The notes under the pieces were generated by a model. That model saw nothing but the letters and a program-made list of their open reading frames with translations, was not told the DNA's origin and did no database searches. The position numbers and the translations under genes are program-made. This document shows positions 46,431 through 56,561 of a stretch of DNA of 64,000 nucleotides, piece after piece. Source of the stretch: an uncultured Nitrososphaerota archaeon (GTDB lineage Archaea; Thermoproteota; Nitrososphaeria; Nitrososphaerales; Gagatemarchaeaceae); contig CAWISW010000003.1 in assembly GCA_963838925.1 (NCBI GenBank), positions 288,001-352,000 on the forward strand, read 5' to 3'. Numbering within the stretch: position 1 is the first letter of the stretch; each line of letters starts with the position of its first letter.

Positions 46431-46607
46431 TTGGGCATCAGCGACTTCCTCCGGTCAATGGCCTCCGTCATCAAGCTCTCCAGGAAGAGCGACCGCGAGG
46501 AGTTCTTCCTCTACCTCAAGCTCGTCGTCCTAGGGCTGGGCGTGGTCGGCGTCATCGGCTTCCTCGTGAAGCTCATGTCCACGGCGCTCCCGACGATCTT
46601 CGGTTAG
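46431..46607 (+). CDS. secE: Protein translocase SecE/Sec61-gamma (not in ORF track)
   Basis: SRKSDREEF followed by TM GVVGVIGF; upstream of spt5. Confidence 0.92.
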   Translation: MGISDFLRSMASVIKLSRKSDREEFFLYLKLVVLGLGVVGVIGFLVKLMSTALPTIFG

Positions 46608-46628
46608 ACAAGGGAGACTGAGAGTAAA

Positions 46629-47123
46629 TTGTCATCGTCAGCGACCACGGAGCAGAAGCAGACATCAATCTATCCGGTCAAGACCACCGGCGGGCAGGAG
46701 CGGACAGTGGCAACCTTCGTGGCCGAGAGGGCCAAGCAAAAGGCCAAGCCCATCTATTCTATCCTCGCGCTCGACACCTGGAAGGGTTACGTGCTCTTCG
46801 AGGCCCCGAACTCGCAAGTGGTCGACGAGAGCATCCAGGGGTTCAAGCACATCAGGAGCAAGATCCCAGGGATGATGCAGTTCTCCGACATCGAGAAGTT
46901 CCTGGTTACCAAGTCGATGGTCGCGGAGCTCGGAGAGGGCGACACGGTCGAGATAGTCGCAGGACCTTTCAAGGGGATGAGGGCCAAGATCACCAGGATC
47001 GAGCAGGCGAAGCAGGAGATCACGGTGGTCCTTGTCGACACGCCCTACCAGATGCCAGTCACGCTCAACGCGGGCTACACGAAGGTTGTAGAGAAGGCCA
47101 AGCCTGCGGCCGAGAAGACCTAG
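46629..47123 (+). CDS. spt5: Transcription elongation factor Spt5
   Basis: TTGGQE, KGYVLFEA, KOW GDTVEIVAGPFKG. Confidence 0.97.
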   Translation: MSSSATTEQKQTSIYPVKTTGGQERTVATFVAERAKQKAKPIYSILALDTWKGYVLFEAPNSQVVDESIQGFKHIRSKIPGMMQFSDIEKFLVTKSMVAELGEGDTVEIVAGPFKGMRAKITRIEQAKQEITVVLVDTPYQMPVTLNAGYTKVVEKAKPAAEKT

Positions 47124-47183
47124 GCGCTAGGCAAACACTTTAATCGGGTTGCCCCTCGGGCGGGAAGAACAAGGTAGAGGAAG

Positions 47184-47681
47184 TTGGCTGAAAAGAAGAT
47201 AGTTTCTGTTCTCGTAATGGGCGGAGAGGCCAGCGCAGGCGCGCCACTGGGCCCTCAGCTGGGCCCCCTCGGCGTCAACGTGCTGGGCATCGTCAACGAG
47301 ATCAACAAGGTCACAGCCGACTTCAAGGGGATGCGCGTCCCCGTAAAGATCGAGGTCGACCCCGAGACCAAGGCCTTCTCAGTCGCAGTCGGAACCCCGA
47401 CCACCTCGGCGCTGGTGGTCAAGGAGGCGGGCGTCCCCAAGGGCTCAGGGAAGCCCAACACAGACCTGGTGGGGAACATGACCTTCGACAAGGTCCTCAA
47501 CATCGCGAAGATCAAGATGGGCGACTCGTACGCCAAGTCGATAAAGTCAGCGGTGAGGGAGGTCGTAGGAACCTGCGTCAGCATGGGGATTAAGGTCGAG
47601 AACACAGACCCCCGCCTCTTCATGAAGGAGATAGAGAGCGGCAAGTGGGACCCGCCCATCACGGCCTTCGAAGCGAAGTAG
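47184..47681 (+). CDS. rpl11: 50S ribosomal protein L11
   Basis: PLGPQLGPLG, GMRVPV, GTCVSMG. Confidence 0.97.
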   Translation: MAEKKIVSVLVMGGEASAGAPLGPQLGPLGVNVLGIVNEINKVTADFKGMRVPVKIEVDPETKAFSVAVGTPTTSALVVKEAGVPKGSGKPNTDLVGNMTFDKVLNIAKIKMGDSYAKSIKSAVREVVGTCVSMGIKVENTDPRLFMKEIESGKWDPPITAFEAK

Positions 47682-47775
47682 CCGCGCCACTCGCAAGACG
47701 ACCGGAAGCTCCCTTGCAACCCGAAACTCTTTTAAGAAGAATTTTGAGGCTCGTTCAGGCTTTAGGGGATTCGGG

Positions 47776-48429
47776 TTGCTTTCAAACGTCCAGATAGCAG
47801 AATTGGTCAAGAAGGGGAAAGAGTCGAAGGAGAGGAAGTTCCCCGAGTCCGTAGAGGCTTTCCTGACCTTCAGGGACGTCGACCCGAAGAAGGTTGACCT
47901 CAACATCAACGAGACGGTCTACCTTCCGCATCCGGGTTCTCGGCGCGCCTCGATATGCTTCGTGGGCTCCGGCGACCTGCTCCTCAGGGCCAAGAACGCG
48001 AAGGTCGACGGCGTCATCGAGCCGGCCCAACTTGAGAGTTACGCAGGTAACAAGAAGGAGGCGAAGGGCCTCGCGAGGCAGTACGACTTCTTCCTCGCTG
48101 ATACGGCGCTCATGCCAAGGATCGGCAGGATCCTTGGCCAGTACCTCGGCCCGCGAGGCAAGATCCCGACGCCCGTGCCGCCGAACGCCCAGATCGAGGC
48201 GATGATCAACAGGACGAGAGGCGCCATCCGCGTCAGGAGCAGAGGGGCTCTTGGCATAGGAGGCCTGGTGGGCGACAAGAAGCTCTCCGACCCGGAGATT
48301 GCCGATAACATCGTAGCAATGATCCAGGCCGTCCAGAAGAAGCTCCCCAACGGCGACAAGAACATCCGGACCGTGGGCGTGAAGACGAGCATGGGGAAGC
48401 TCGCAAAGGTCAAGGTCGAAGAAAGTTGA
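47776..48429 (+). CDS. rpl1: 50S ribosomal protein L1
   Basis: RKFPESVE, LGPRGKIP, KTSMG. Confidence 0.97.
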   Translation: MLSNVQIAELVKKGKESKERKFPESVEAFLTFRDVDPKKVDLNINETVYLPHPGSRRASICFVGSGDLLLRAKNAKVDGVIEPAQLESYAGNKKEAKGLARQYDFFLADTALMPRIGRILGQYLGPRGKIPTPVPPNAQIEAMINRTRGAIRVRSRGALGIGGLVGDKKLSDPEIADNIVAMIQAVQKKLPNGDKNIRTVGVKTSMGKLAKVKVEES

Positions 48430-49331
48430 GCCAGCAGGCCCAGGTCCAGAAGCGCGAGCCCAGCGACGAGAAGAAGGCGGCGGTCGACCGCATCGCCAAG
48501 CTCGCGAAGGACTACCCCGTCCTGGCAGTCACGAAGCTCTCGAAGGTGAGGTCGGCCCAGCTCATGGCCGTGAGGAAGGTCCTCAGGGGCCAGGCAGAGA
48601 TCGTCGTGGTCAAGAACAAGCTCGCCATATTAGGGCTGAAGCGCGCCGGACTCAAGAACGCGGACGAGCTCCTCAAGAACCTCGAGGGGCAGAACGCGCT
48701 GATATTCTCCAAGCTCGACCCGTTCAAGCTCTTCCTCATGCTCGAGAAGAACAGGGTCAACCTCGGCGCGAGGGCCGGGGACATCGCCCCAACTGACATC
48801 GTAATCCCCGCCGGGAACACGGGCCAGCAGGCAGGGCCCGTCCTGAGCGAGTTCAGGGAAGCCGGCATCACGACCAAGATCGAGGCAGGCAGCATCCAGG
48901 TGGTCAAGGACGCCGTCGTCGCCAAGCCGGGCACCGTCATCTCGCCGAAGCTCGCCAGCTTGCTCTCAAGGCTCGGTATCAAGCCGATCCGCGCCGGGCT
49001 CGCAATCGCGCTCGCGTACGAGGGCGGCCTGATCTACGGCGCAGAAGCGGTGGCGATAGACCTCGACAAGTACCGCGCCAGCCTGATGGAGGGCTTCTCG
49101 TCCGCCAAGGGACTGTCGATAATCATCGGCTACGTCACCAAGGAGACGGCTCCGGACATCATCGCAAAGGCGTACCGCGAGGCGCTTGCCGTCGCAGTGG
49201 AAGCGGGAGAGATAACGAAGGAGAGCGCCCCGGTGATACTAGGCAAGGCCGAGGCCGAGGCCAACGCCGTGGAGGCCAAGGCCAAAGAGAAGGGCTACGG
49301 TCAGGCACCTGCGGCCGCGCCCGCTGCGTAA
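48426..49331 (+). CDS. rplP0: 50S ribosomal protein L10/P0
   Basis: VVKNKL, ARAGDIAP, GNTG..GP, LGIKP; Ala-rich tail. Confidence 0.96.
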   Translation: MSQQAQVQKREPSDEKKAAVDRIAKLAKDYPVLAVTKLSKVRSAQLMAVRKVLRGQAEIVVVKNKLAILGLKRAGLKNADELLKNLEGQNALIFSKLDPFKLFLMLEKNRVNLGARAGDIAPTDIVIPAGNTGQQAGPVLSEFREAGITTKIEAGSIQVVKDAVVAKPGTVISPKLASLLSRLGIKPIRAGLAIALAYEGGLIYGAEAVAIDLDKYRASLMEGFSSAKGLSIIIGYVTKETAPDIIAKAYREALAVAVEAGEITKESAPVILGKAEAEANAVEAKAKEKGYGQAPAAAPAA

Positions 49332-49387
49332 CCCAACGACCCCAGCTCCAACCGAGACGCCTGACTCTGGATTCTTAGCCCCCGAGT

Positions 49388-49437
49388 TTCACTTTCGAGA
49401 CCTCACGGTCGGTCTGAGAAAATACCGTAGAAGTGAA
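49388..49437. ncRNA. Compact H-type pseudoknot enclosed by a 7-bp stem (or K-loop hairpin on minus strand)
   Basis: TTCACTT/AAGTGAA; AGACC/GGTCT; ACGGT/ACCGT. Confidence 0.45.
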
Positions 49438-49451
49438 TGCTTCGCGCGAGT

Positions 49452-49757
49452 CTAGCCGAAGAGCGATGCCAGGCCTGCGAGGGCCTCCTCTTCCTTCTTC
49501 TCCTCTACCTTGGGCTTCTCTTCCGTCTTTGCCGCTGCTGGGCCAGCTGCTGCCGGTGCCGCTGCTACCGCCATCGTCGCCGCGCTCTTGAGAGCCTCGT
49601 CGATGTTGACTTCGCTTAACGCTGATGCGAGCGCCTTGACCTTGACCGTGTCTACGTCGACGCCGGCGGCCTTGACCACGCTCGTGAGGCCCGCCTCGTC
49701 GACCTTCTTCCCCGCCTTGTGAAGCATCAATGCCGCATACATGTACGAATCCGTCAT
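49452..49757 (-). CDS. rpl12: 50S ribosomal protein L12 (P1/P2), inverted relative to rpl10
   Basis: [14 protein letters not shown], Ala/acidic hinge, GLASLFG C-terminus. Confidence 0.96.
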   Translation of the reverse strand: MTDSYMYAALMLHKAGKKVDEAGLTSVVKAAGVDVDTVKVKALASALSEVNIDEALKSAATMAVAAAPAAAGPAAAKTEEKPKVEEKKEEEALAGLASLFG

Positions 49758-49912
49758 TTGGAAATCCAAACTCGCCATCCATCTACCGCTTTTATAGTTT
49801 TTGCTGCGAAACGGAGCCCGGTGCCCCTTCGCTCTCGTAGAGCCGTGAAACGGGCGCAATCCCCCGAATCTGTTTATTACCTTCGCGACGAGGCAGCGAG
49901 GCAGAGAAGCAG

Positions 49913-52660
49913 ATGAAGAGCCCGAAGGAGATACTTCAGGAGAGGTTCTCCAGCGAGTACGAGAAGTACTATGGCGTCGAGCTCTTCGAGAAGAAGGGGT
50001 TCACGAGGAAGAAGTGCACGAACTGCGGCAAGCACTTCTGGACGCTGAGGCCCGAAAGGACAATCTGCGACGACTCGACCTGCTCTCCTTACACTTTCAT
50101 CGGAGACCCGCCCACTAAGAAGAGGCTCGACTACATCTCCGCGTGGAAGGCGGTCGAGAAGTTCTTCGTGAAGAACGGGCACACGAGCGTGCCGCGATAC
50201 CCCGTCGTGAGCAGGTGGAGGCCCGACCTCTTCTTCACGGTCGCATCGATAGTCGACTTCCAGAGGATAGAGGCGGGCAAGGTCGTCTTCGAGCTCCCCT
50301 ACAACCCGCTCGTCGTTCCGCAGATGTGCCTCCGCTTCAACGACATCCCTAGCGTCGGGGTGAGCGGGAAGCACGGCACCTCCTTCTGCATGATAGGGCA
50401 GACGGCTGTGGACAACAAGGAGGGCTACTGGAAGGACAAGTGCATCGACCTCGACTTTGAGATGCTCACGAAGGAGTTCGGGATCCCCGACGACGAGATC
50501 TCCTTCGTCGAGAGCGTGTGGGTCGGCGCGGGCGCCTTCGGCTACTCCCTAGAGTACTTCGTGAGGGGACTCGAGCTGGGCAACGCCGTCTTCACCGCGT
50601 ACGAGGGCGACCCATCGAAGTACACGGAGATGGGCGAGAAGGTCGTGGACATGGGGGCAGGGCTCGAGAGGCTCTCATGGATGACCCAGGGCACGCCCAC
50701 CTACTACGACACCGCCTTCGCCCCCGTCCTGGCGCAGATGAAGGACAGGTTCGACATCCACTACGACGAGGAGCTCTTCGAGAGATACTCCAGGCTGGCG
50801 GGCGCGATGAACCTCGACGAGTATCCGACCCTCGCGGAGGCGAGGAAGGTCATCGCGAAGAGCCTCAACGTCGAGCCCGAGCTCATCACGAAGCAGCTGG
50901 GCCCAATCGAGGCGATGTACGCGATAGCGGACCACACGCGGACGCTCCTCTTCGCGATAGCAGACGGCCTGGCCCCTAGCAACGTGGGCGGCGGATACAA
51001 CCTCCGCGTCCTCTTCAGGAGGGCGGAGGCGTTCATCAACCAGAACGGGTGGAAGGTAGACATGGCGGAGGTCGTGAGCTGGCACATAGACCACCTCGCC
51101 AAGATGTACCCCGAGCTCGAGTCGCACCGCGAGGACGTCGCGAAGGTGCTCACGGTCGAGACGGCACGCTACGGGACCTCGATGCAGCGGATCTCCAGGA
51201 CCGTGTCTGCCCTCGCAAGCTCGAAGAAGGAGCTCGGAAAGGACGACCTCGTCACGCTATACGAGTCGGAGGGCATCACGCCCGAGCAGCTCATCGACGG
51301 CGGCGTCAAGGTCTCGCTCCCCGAGGACTTTTACCAGCGGGTCGTCGCAAAGCACGTCTCGCAGAAGCTGGACCAGAAGAAGGACCAGTTCGACATCTCA
51401 GGCCTCCCGGACACTCGCCTCCTCTACTACGAGGACGGAGAGAAGTTCGACTTCGAGGCGAAGGTGCTCAGGGTGTTCCCCGGCGGCTACGTCGCTCTGG
51501 ACCAGACGGCGTTCTACCCGAGGGGCGGCGGTCAGGAGCCCGACCACGGAACTCTAGGCGCGAAGAAGGTCCTCGACGTCGAGAAGATAGGCGCGGTCGT
51601 GGTCCACAAGCTGGAGGGCGGCACCCCCGCGGAGGGCTCGAGGGTCGTAGGGAACGTCAACTCCATGAGGAGGCAGAAGATCCGGCGCATACACACAGCG
51701 ACGCACCTGCTCAACGGCGCTTCGAGGCACGTGCTCGGCCCATGGGTGTGGCAGCACTCCGCCTTCAAGGAGGAGGACTATGGGAGGCTGGACATCACCC
51801 ACTTCGCGAAGCTCACCGACGACGACGTCAGGAAGATCGAGGACACCGCGAACGACATGGTGATGAAGAACTTCCCGGTCGTCGTCTCGTACCTTCCGCG
51901 CAAGGAGGCGGAGGCGAAGTACGGGTTCAGGCTCTTCCAAGGAGGAGTGGTGCCCTCCAAGATCCTGAGGATAGTCAACATAGCCGACTGGGACGTGGAG
52001 GCGTGCGGAGGGACGCACACCAACACCACAGGGCAGGTGGGCTTCATCAAGGTCATGAGGACGGAGAGGATCCAGGACGGCGTCGAGAGGCTGGTCTTCG
52101 TCGCCGGTTACCCCGCGGTGGGGTACGTCCAGCAGATGGACTCGACGGTCGACCAGGTGTCGTCCATCCTCAACACACAGCGTGAGAACATCGTGAAGGT
52201 CCTCGCCTCGATGAAGCAGGAGCTCGACGAGACCTCGAAGAGGGAGAAGGCGCTGGGCGAGAAGCTGATAGGGGCCTCAGCGTCGAAGCTCATATCCTCT
52301 GCGACCCCCATCGAGGGGACAAACGGACGCAAGGCAATGCTTTATGTCTCCCTCGACGTAGACATGAGCGAAGAACTGATTGTTAACCAGGGCGCGAAGC
52401 TAGTCAAGGAAGAACCCTCCCTAGTGTATGCGAGCATCGCGCCCCGCGGCAATTCGACAAGACTGATCTGCTTCGTAGGTCCCAAGGCCAAGGAGGCCGG
52501 CGTAGCCGCGGACGCCCTCGTGAGGGAGCTCGCAAAGGCCTGCGGCGGCTCCGGAGGCGGCACCAAGGACTTCGCACAGGGAGGCGGCCCTAAGGCCATC
52601 GAAGCTACCGCCGCCAAGGACCTGCTGTCGAGATCAATCTCAGGGACCATCGGGAGGTAG
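49913..52660 (+). CDS. alaS: Alanine--tRNA ligase
   Basis: [30 protein letters not shown] editing motif, EACGGTH, GGG C-Ala. Confidence 0.97.
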   Translation: MKSPKEILQERFSSEYEKYYGVELFEKKGFTRKKCTNCGKHFWTLRPERTICDDSTCSPYTFIGDPPTKKRLDYISAWKAVEKFFVKNGHTSVPRYPVVSRWRPDLFFTVASIVDFQRIEAGKVVFELPYNPLVVPQMCLRFNDIPSVGVSGKHGTSFCMIGQTAVDNKEGYWKDKCIDLDFEMLTKEFGIPDDEISFVESVWVGAGAFGYSLEYFVRGLELGNAVFTAYEGDPSKYTEMGEKVVDMGAGLERLSWMTQGTPTYYDTAFAPVLAQMKDRFDIHYDEELFERYSRLAGAMNLDEYPTLAEARKVIAKSLNVEPELITKQLGPIEAMYAIADHTRTLLFAIADGLAPSNVGGGYNLRVLFRRAEAFINQNGWKVDMAEVVSWHIDHLAKMYPELESHREDVAKVLTVETARYGTSMQRISRTVSALASSKKELGKDDLVTLYESEGITPEQLIDGGVKVSLPEDFYQRVVAKHVSQKLDQKKDQFDISGLPDTRLLYYEDGEKFDFEAKVLRVFPGGYVALDQTAFYPRGGGQEPDHGTLGAKKVLDVEKIGAVVVHKLEGGTPAEGSRVVGNVNSMRRQKIRRIHTATHLLNGASRHVLGPWVWQHSAFKEEDYGRLDITHFAKLTDDDVRKIEDTANDMVMKNFPVVVSYLPRKEAEAKYGFRLFQGGVVPSKILRIVNIADWDVEACGGTHTNTTGQVGFIKVMRTERIQDGVERLVFVAGYPAVGYVQQMDSTVDQVSSILNTQRENIVKVLASMKQELDETSKREKALGEKLIGASASKLISSATPIEGTNGRKAMLYVSLDVDMSEELIVNQGAKLVKEEPSLVYASIAPRGNSTRLICFVGPKAKEAGVAADALVRELAKACGGSGGGTKDFAQGGGPKAIEATAAKDLLSRSISGTIGR

Positions 52661-52671
52661 AAGAGGGCAGC

Positions 52672-55530
52672 TTGGCGCAATACGAGAAGCACTGGCTCAA
52701 GGTGTGGAACGAGAAGCGGATCTTCGAGTCCGAGTCCGTCCCGGGGCGGAAGAAGGCCTTCGTCACCTTCCCCTTCGCGTACATGAACGGGCCGCTCCAC
52801 ATTGGGCACTGCTTCACGGCGACGCGCGTCGACATCTACGCGCGCTTCAAGAGGATGCAGGGCTTCAACGTCCTCTTCCCCTGGGCATGGCACTGGACGG
52901 GCGAGAGCATCCCCGGGATGAGCTACCGCCTCTCGCAGGGGGACGAGGGGGTGCGCAAGGCCTTCCTCGAGATCGACGGCGTCCCAGAGAAGGAGGTGGA
53001 GCGGTTCGTCGACCCCGAGTACCTCGCTTCCTACTACACGCGGGTGAGCCGCGAGGCCGTGAAGGACACGGGCTTCTCGATAGACTGGAGGCGCGAGTTC
53101 AGGACGGTCGACCCCGCGTTCAAGAAGTTCATCGACTGGCAGTACCTGAGGCTCCGCGAGCTGGGCTACGTCGTCCAGGGGACGCACCCGGTGGTCTGGT
53201 GCAGCCACGACGAGAGCCCCACGGGCGACCACGACAGGATGGAGGGAGAGGGCGTCACACCCGAGGAGTTCAACCTGATCAAGTTCGAGGTCGAAGAAGA
53301 AGACCTCGAGGGCGGGAAGAGGAAGTGGCTGGTCGCGGGCACCCTCCGCCCCGAGACCATCTTCGGGGCGACCAACGTCTGGGTCCATCCGCATGGGAAG
53401 TACGTCGAGGCCCAGGTCGACGGGGAGGCGTGGATAGTCAGCAGGTCGGCCGTGACGAAGCTCAAGGAGCAGCTCCACGACGCGAAGATCACCGACGAGT
53501 TCGACGGCTCTACGCTCCTAGGCCTGATGGTCAAGGCGCCCATAACGGGGAAGAGCCTCCCGGTCCTCCCCGCGACCTTCGTAGACGAGGAGCTCGTGAC
53601 GGGGGTGGTCTACAGCGTCCCTGCGCACGCGCCCTACGACTACATGGGGCTCCTCGACGTGCAGGAGGAGAGGGTGAAGGCTCCTCCCCCAGTGCTGCGC
53701 CTCGCCAGGGCGCTCAAGCCGATTTCGATAGTCTCCGTCCAAGGATACTCGGCGATCCCTGCGGAGGACGAGGTCAAGAAGCGCGGGATCAAGGACTCGA
53801 ACGACGCCAAGCTCGAGGACGCGACGGCCGAGGTCTACAAGGCGGAGTTCCACCGCGGCGTAATGAAGGAGAACTGCGACGGCTTCAAGGGTCTGAAGGT
53901 GAGCGACGCCAAGCCGAAGGTCATCGAGGAGATGAAGCGGAAAGGCCTCCTCTCGGTCATGCAGGAGCTCCCCCAGAGGGTCGTCTGCAAGTGCGGCACG
54001 AGGTGCTACGTCAAGATACTCGAGAACCAGTGGTTCCTGAACTACTCCGACCCAGCGTGGAAGGAGCGGACAAAGACCCTCATCAGGGCGGCCAACGTCT
54101 ATCCAGAGCAGTCGCTCGAGTGGTACTTCTCGACCATCGACTGGCTGCGCAACTGGCCGTGCGCGAGGAAGTCGGGGATGGGCACGAAGCTCCCCTGGGA
54201 CAAGGAGTGGATAGTCGAGACGCTCTCGGACTCCACCATCTACATGGCGTTCTACACGATATGCCAGTTCGTCAACTCGGAGAAGGTGAAGTTCGACCAG
54301 CTCCTCCCCGAGGTCTTCGACTACCTGCTCCTGGGGAAGGGCTCGGAGGCGCACGTCTCCAAGCTCTCCGGCATAGAGCTGAAGCTCCTGAAGGCCATGA
54401 GGAACGAGTTCACCTACTGGTACCCCGTCGACCTGAGGAACTCCGCCAAGGAGCTGATCCCCAACCACCTCACCTTCTACGCCTTCCACCACGTGGCGCT
54501 CTTCGAGCAGAAGTACTGGCCGCGGGGGTTCAGCGTCAACGGGATGATCCAGATAGAGGGCCAGAAGATGAGCAAGTCGAGGAACGTCTTCATCACGTGG
54601 AGGCACGCGCTCGAGCAGTACGGCGCGGACGGCCTGCGTGCCACCCTCGCCCTCGCCGCCGACGGTATGGACGACGCCGACTGGAAGGCAAAGAACGCGG
54701 AGGACATCAGCGCGAAGATAGACTCCCTCTTCCCGTTCATCGAGAAGGCGCTGGCATCCTCGACGGAGCGGCAGATCGAGCTGTCCGACCGCTGGCTGCT
54801 ATCCGTCATCCACGGTCGCATCGAGGTCGCGACCAAGTCTCTGGAGGAGATGAAGATCCGGAAGGCGCTCTCGGTGGCGCTTCTCGACGTCTGGAACGAC
54901 ATCCGCTGGTACCTGAGGAGGTCGGAGAAGCCGAGGCACGACACCCTCAAGCTGGTCTTCGAGACCTGGATACGGCTGGTCGCGCCCTTCATCCCGTTCG
55001 CCGCGGAGGAGCTCAACACCAGGATGGGGAACAAGGGGCTCATCGCGACGGCGGACTGGCCTTCTGTAGTGGAGTTCCCGCTGGACGAGGCGGCAGAGGT
55101 CTCCGAGCTGCTGGTCGCGAAGGTAATCGAGGACGCCAGGAACTTGCTCAAGATAATCAAGGAGCAGAAGACCCGCCTCACGATCTACGTCGCGTCCGAC
55201 ACGGCCTCTCAGTACTTCCTCGAGCTGGCGAACACGGACAAGGGAGAGAAGGGCAACAGGGGCGAGGTGATCAAGAAGTACGCCTCCTCGGGCATAAAGC
55301 CCGACAGGGTGATCAAGCTGCAATACGAGCTAGGCCAGGAGCTGGTCGCGAGGCTCACCTCGCTGGGCAAGTTCGACGAATTCGATGTCCTCAGCGACGC
55401 CGCGCCCTTCCTCTCCAACGAGATAGGCATCGAGGTCCGGGTCTTCAAGGCGGCGGGCAAGAAGGTCGAGGACCCCGCCAACAAGGCGAAGGACGCCCTC
55501 CCGTTCAAGCCCTCGTTCTATCTAGAATAA
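52672..55530 (+). CDS. leuS: Leucine--tRNA ligase (archaeal type)
   Basis: YMNGPLHIGH, TLRPETIFG, PAHAPYD, KMSKS. Confidence 0.97.
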   Translation: MAQYEKHWLKVWNEKRIFESESVPGRKKAFVTFPFAYMNGPLHIGHCFTATRVDIYARFKRMQGFNVLFPWAWHWTGESIPGMSYRLSQGDEGVRKAFLEIDGVPEKEVERFVDPEYLASYYTRVSREAVKDTGFSIDWRREFRTVDPAFKKFIDWQYLRLRELGYVVQGTHPVVWCSHDESPTGDHDRMEGEGVTPEEFNLIKFEVEEEDLEGGKRKWLVAGTLRPETIFGATNVWVHPHGKYVEAQVDGEAWIVSRSAVTKLKEQLHDAKITDEFDGSTLLGLMVKAPITGKSLPVLPATFVDEELVTGVVYSVPAHAPYDYMGLLDVQEERVKAPPPVLRLARALKPISIVSVQGYSAIPAEDEVKKRGIKDSNDAKLEDATAEVYKAEFHRGVMKENCDGFKGLKVSDAKPKVIEEMKRKGLLSVMQELPQRVVCKCGTRCYVKILENQWFLNYSDPAWKERTKTLIRAANVYPEQSLEWYFSTIDWLRNWPCARKSGMGTKLPWDKEWIVETLSDSTIYMAFYTICQFVNSEKVKFDQLLPEVFDYLLLGKGSEAHVSKLSGIELKLLKAMRNEFTYWYPVDLRNSAKELIPNHLTFYAFHHVALFEQKYWPRGFSVNGMIQIEGQKMSKSRNVFITWRHALEQYGADGLRATLALAADGMDDADWKAKNAEDISAKIDSLFPFIEKALASSTERQIELSDRWLLSVIHGRIEVATKSLEEMKIRKALSVALLDVWNDIRWYLRRSEKPRHDTLKLVFETWIRLVAPFIPFAAEELNTRMGNKGLIATADWPSVVEFPLDEAAEVSELLVAKVIEDARNLLKIIKEQKTRLTIYVASDTASQYFLELANTDKGEKGNRGEVIKKYASSGIKPDRVIKLQYELGQELVARLTSLGKFDEFDVLSDAAPFLSNEIGIEVRVFKAAGKKVEDPANKAKDALPFKPSFYLE

Positions 55531-55542
55531 GCGAAATGCCCA

Positions 55543-56241
55543 CTACGGCGAGGTGCCGGGGCCTACCTCTCCGAATCCAGGCATCTGTGTCCATGTTGTC
55601 AAGAAATCCCAGGTCTCATTTGAGATTACCCAACTCCCAGCGCTGATAACCCATTGCTGTTCGACAGACACTGTAGCGTTCGCACCGGCCCAGAACACGG
55701 TTCTGCCGCTGACGAAGAGGCTGAACGTCGCGTTGACGGTAGAGGGTCCAATGGATCTCGAACTGAGATTGGAGACAGTGATTGTGGGTGTTGGAACAAA
55801 ATCATGGAATCCATATGAATAGATGCTCCTAATGGAATCGATGCCGACGTAAGATCCCTTGTCGTTGTAAGGAGCGCCGCCGTATGACGTGATGTTCCCC
55901 GTCAAGGCCAATCTCGACGAATTGGTGTAGAATTGGAGGACCCCCGAGTAGTTCCCACTTCCTGCTGTGCCTCCAAGTTGCTGCATGCCTAGAACCAGCT
56001 GGCTGATGTCGGAATCTACCTGCAGGGCGTTCGAATCTTCGGAGGAAGTCGACAAAGCCGTCGTAGAGTGCGCCTCAGAACTTGTGATCTGAGGCTTGTT
56101 CAAGGCGTATTGGAAAGCGGCTACCAAGATGACTGCCGCTACCAGCACGGCTACCAAGACTCCAAGCCGAACTCTGCGTTGGCGCCAGGAGAAGTTAGAG
56201 CGTGGAGCGGGGCCAGCCAAGGCACCGGTCTTGATGCCCAA
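55543..56241 (-). CDS. Membrane-anchored secreted protein, NTF2/SnoaL-like
   Basis: N-terminal TM, Ser-rich linker, many N-x-S/T sites, W.I..E.W end; lower GC. Confidence 0.65.
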   Translation of the reverse strand: MGIKTGALAGPAPRSNFSWRQRRVRLGVLVAVLVAAVILVAAFQYALNKPQITSSEAHSTTALSTSSEDSNALQVDSDISQLVLGMQQLGGTAGSGNYSGVLQFYTNSSRLALTGNITSYGGAPYNDKGSYVGIDSIRSIYSYGFHDFVPTPTITVSNLSSRSIGPSTVNATFSLFVSGRTVFWAGANATVSVEQQWVISAGSWVISNETWDFLTTWTQMPGFGEVGPGTSP

Positions 56242-56284
56242 GCCCCGTATTTAGTTTGCAGTTGCTGTCAATGACAATGACTGC

Positions 56285-56327
56285 TAAAAGAAAAGAGGAG
56301 GAGGTGTGAGACGCGGACCGAAGTCCG
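56285..56327 (-). terminator. UUCG hairpin plus oligo-T tract after the DUF5679 gene
   Basis: Minus strand CGGAC-TTCG-GTCCG then CTCTTTTCTTTT. Confidence 0.55.
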
Positions 56328-56330
56328 GCC

Positions 56331-56480
56331 TCAGCCACCGATTCTGAACATTTTTGTCGAACAGACTGGGCAGGTGCCTTGCGTCGCCTTCTTCCCGTTC
56401 TTCATTACGATTCCTTTGGAATCTTTCATTTCTCTCTTGGCCTTGCAACGGACACAGTACGCAGTTACGGAGTTGGGCAT
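56331..56480 (-). CDS. DUF5679-type 49-aa basic Zn-binding microprotein (not in ORF track)
   Basis: MPNSVTAYCVRCKAKREMKDSKGIVMKNGKKATQGTCPVCSTKMFRIGG; TTATA 31 nt upstream. Confidence 0.85.
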   Translation of the reverse strand: MPNSVTAYCVRCKAKREMKDSKGIVMKNGKKATQGTCPVCSTKMFRIGG

Positions 56481-56561
56481 GGTTGCGAATTGTCTGGCTC
56501 AGGGGGTATAAGCGCGATTGCATCACACCACGTTGACAAAAAGGCAAACGGTTTCAGCCAC

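Noticed and set aside
49398-49428. preQ1-I riboswitch
   Set aside because: Similar geometry, but the S1 top pair is C-G rather than the conserved G-C, it lies 3' of genes, and there are no que genes nearby
52704-55646. 980-aa overlapping ORF on the leuS strand, and similar long alternative-frame or antisense ORFs (e.g. 26416-27573, 32114-33331, 51049-52185, 57468-58628)
   Set aside because: Arg/Gly/Pro-rich shadow frames expected from high third-position GC; no motifs; the true frames carry clear family signatures
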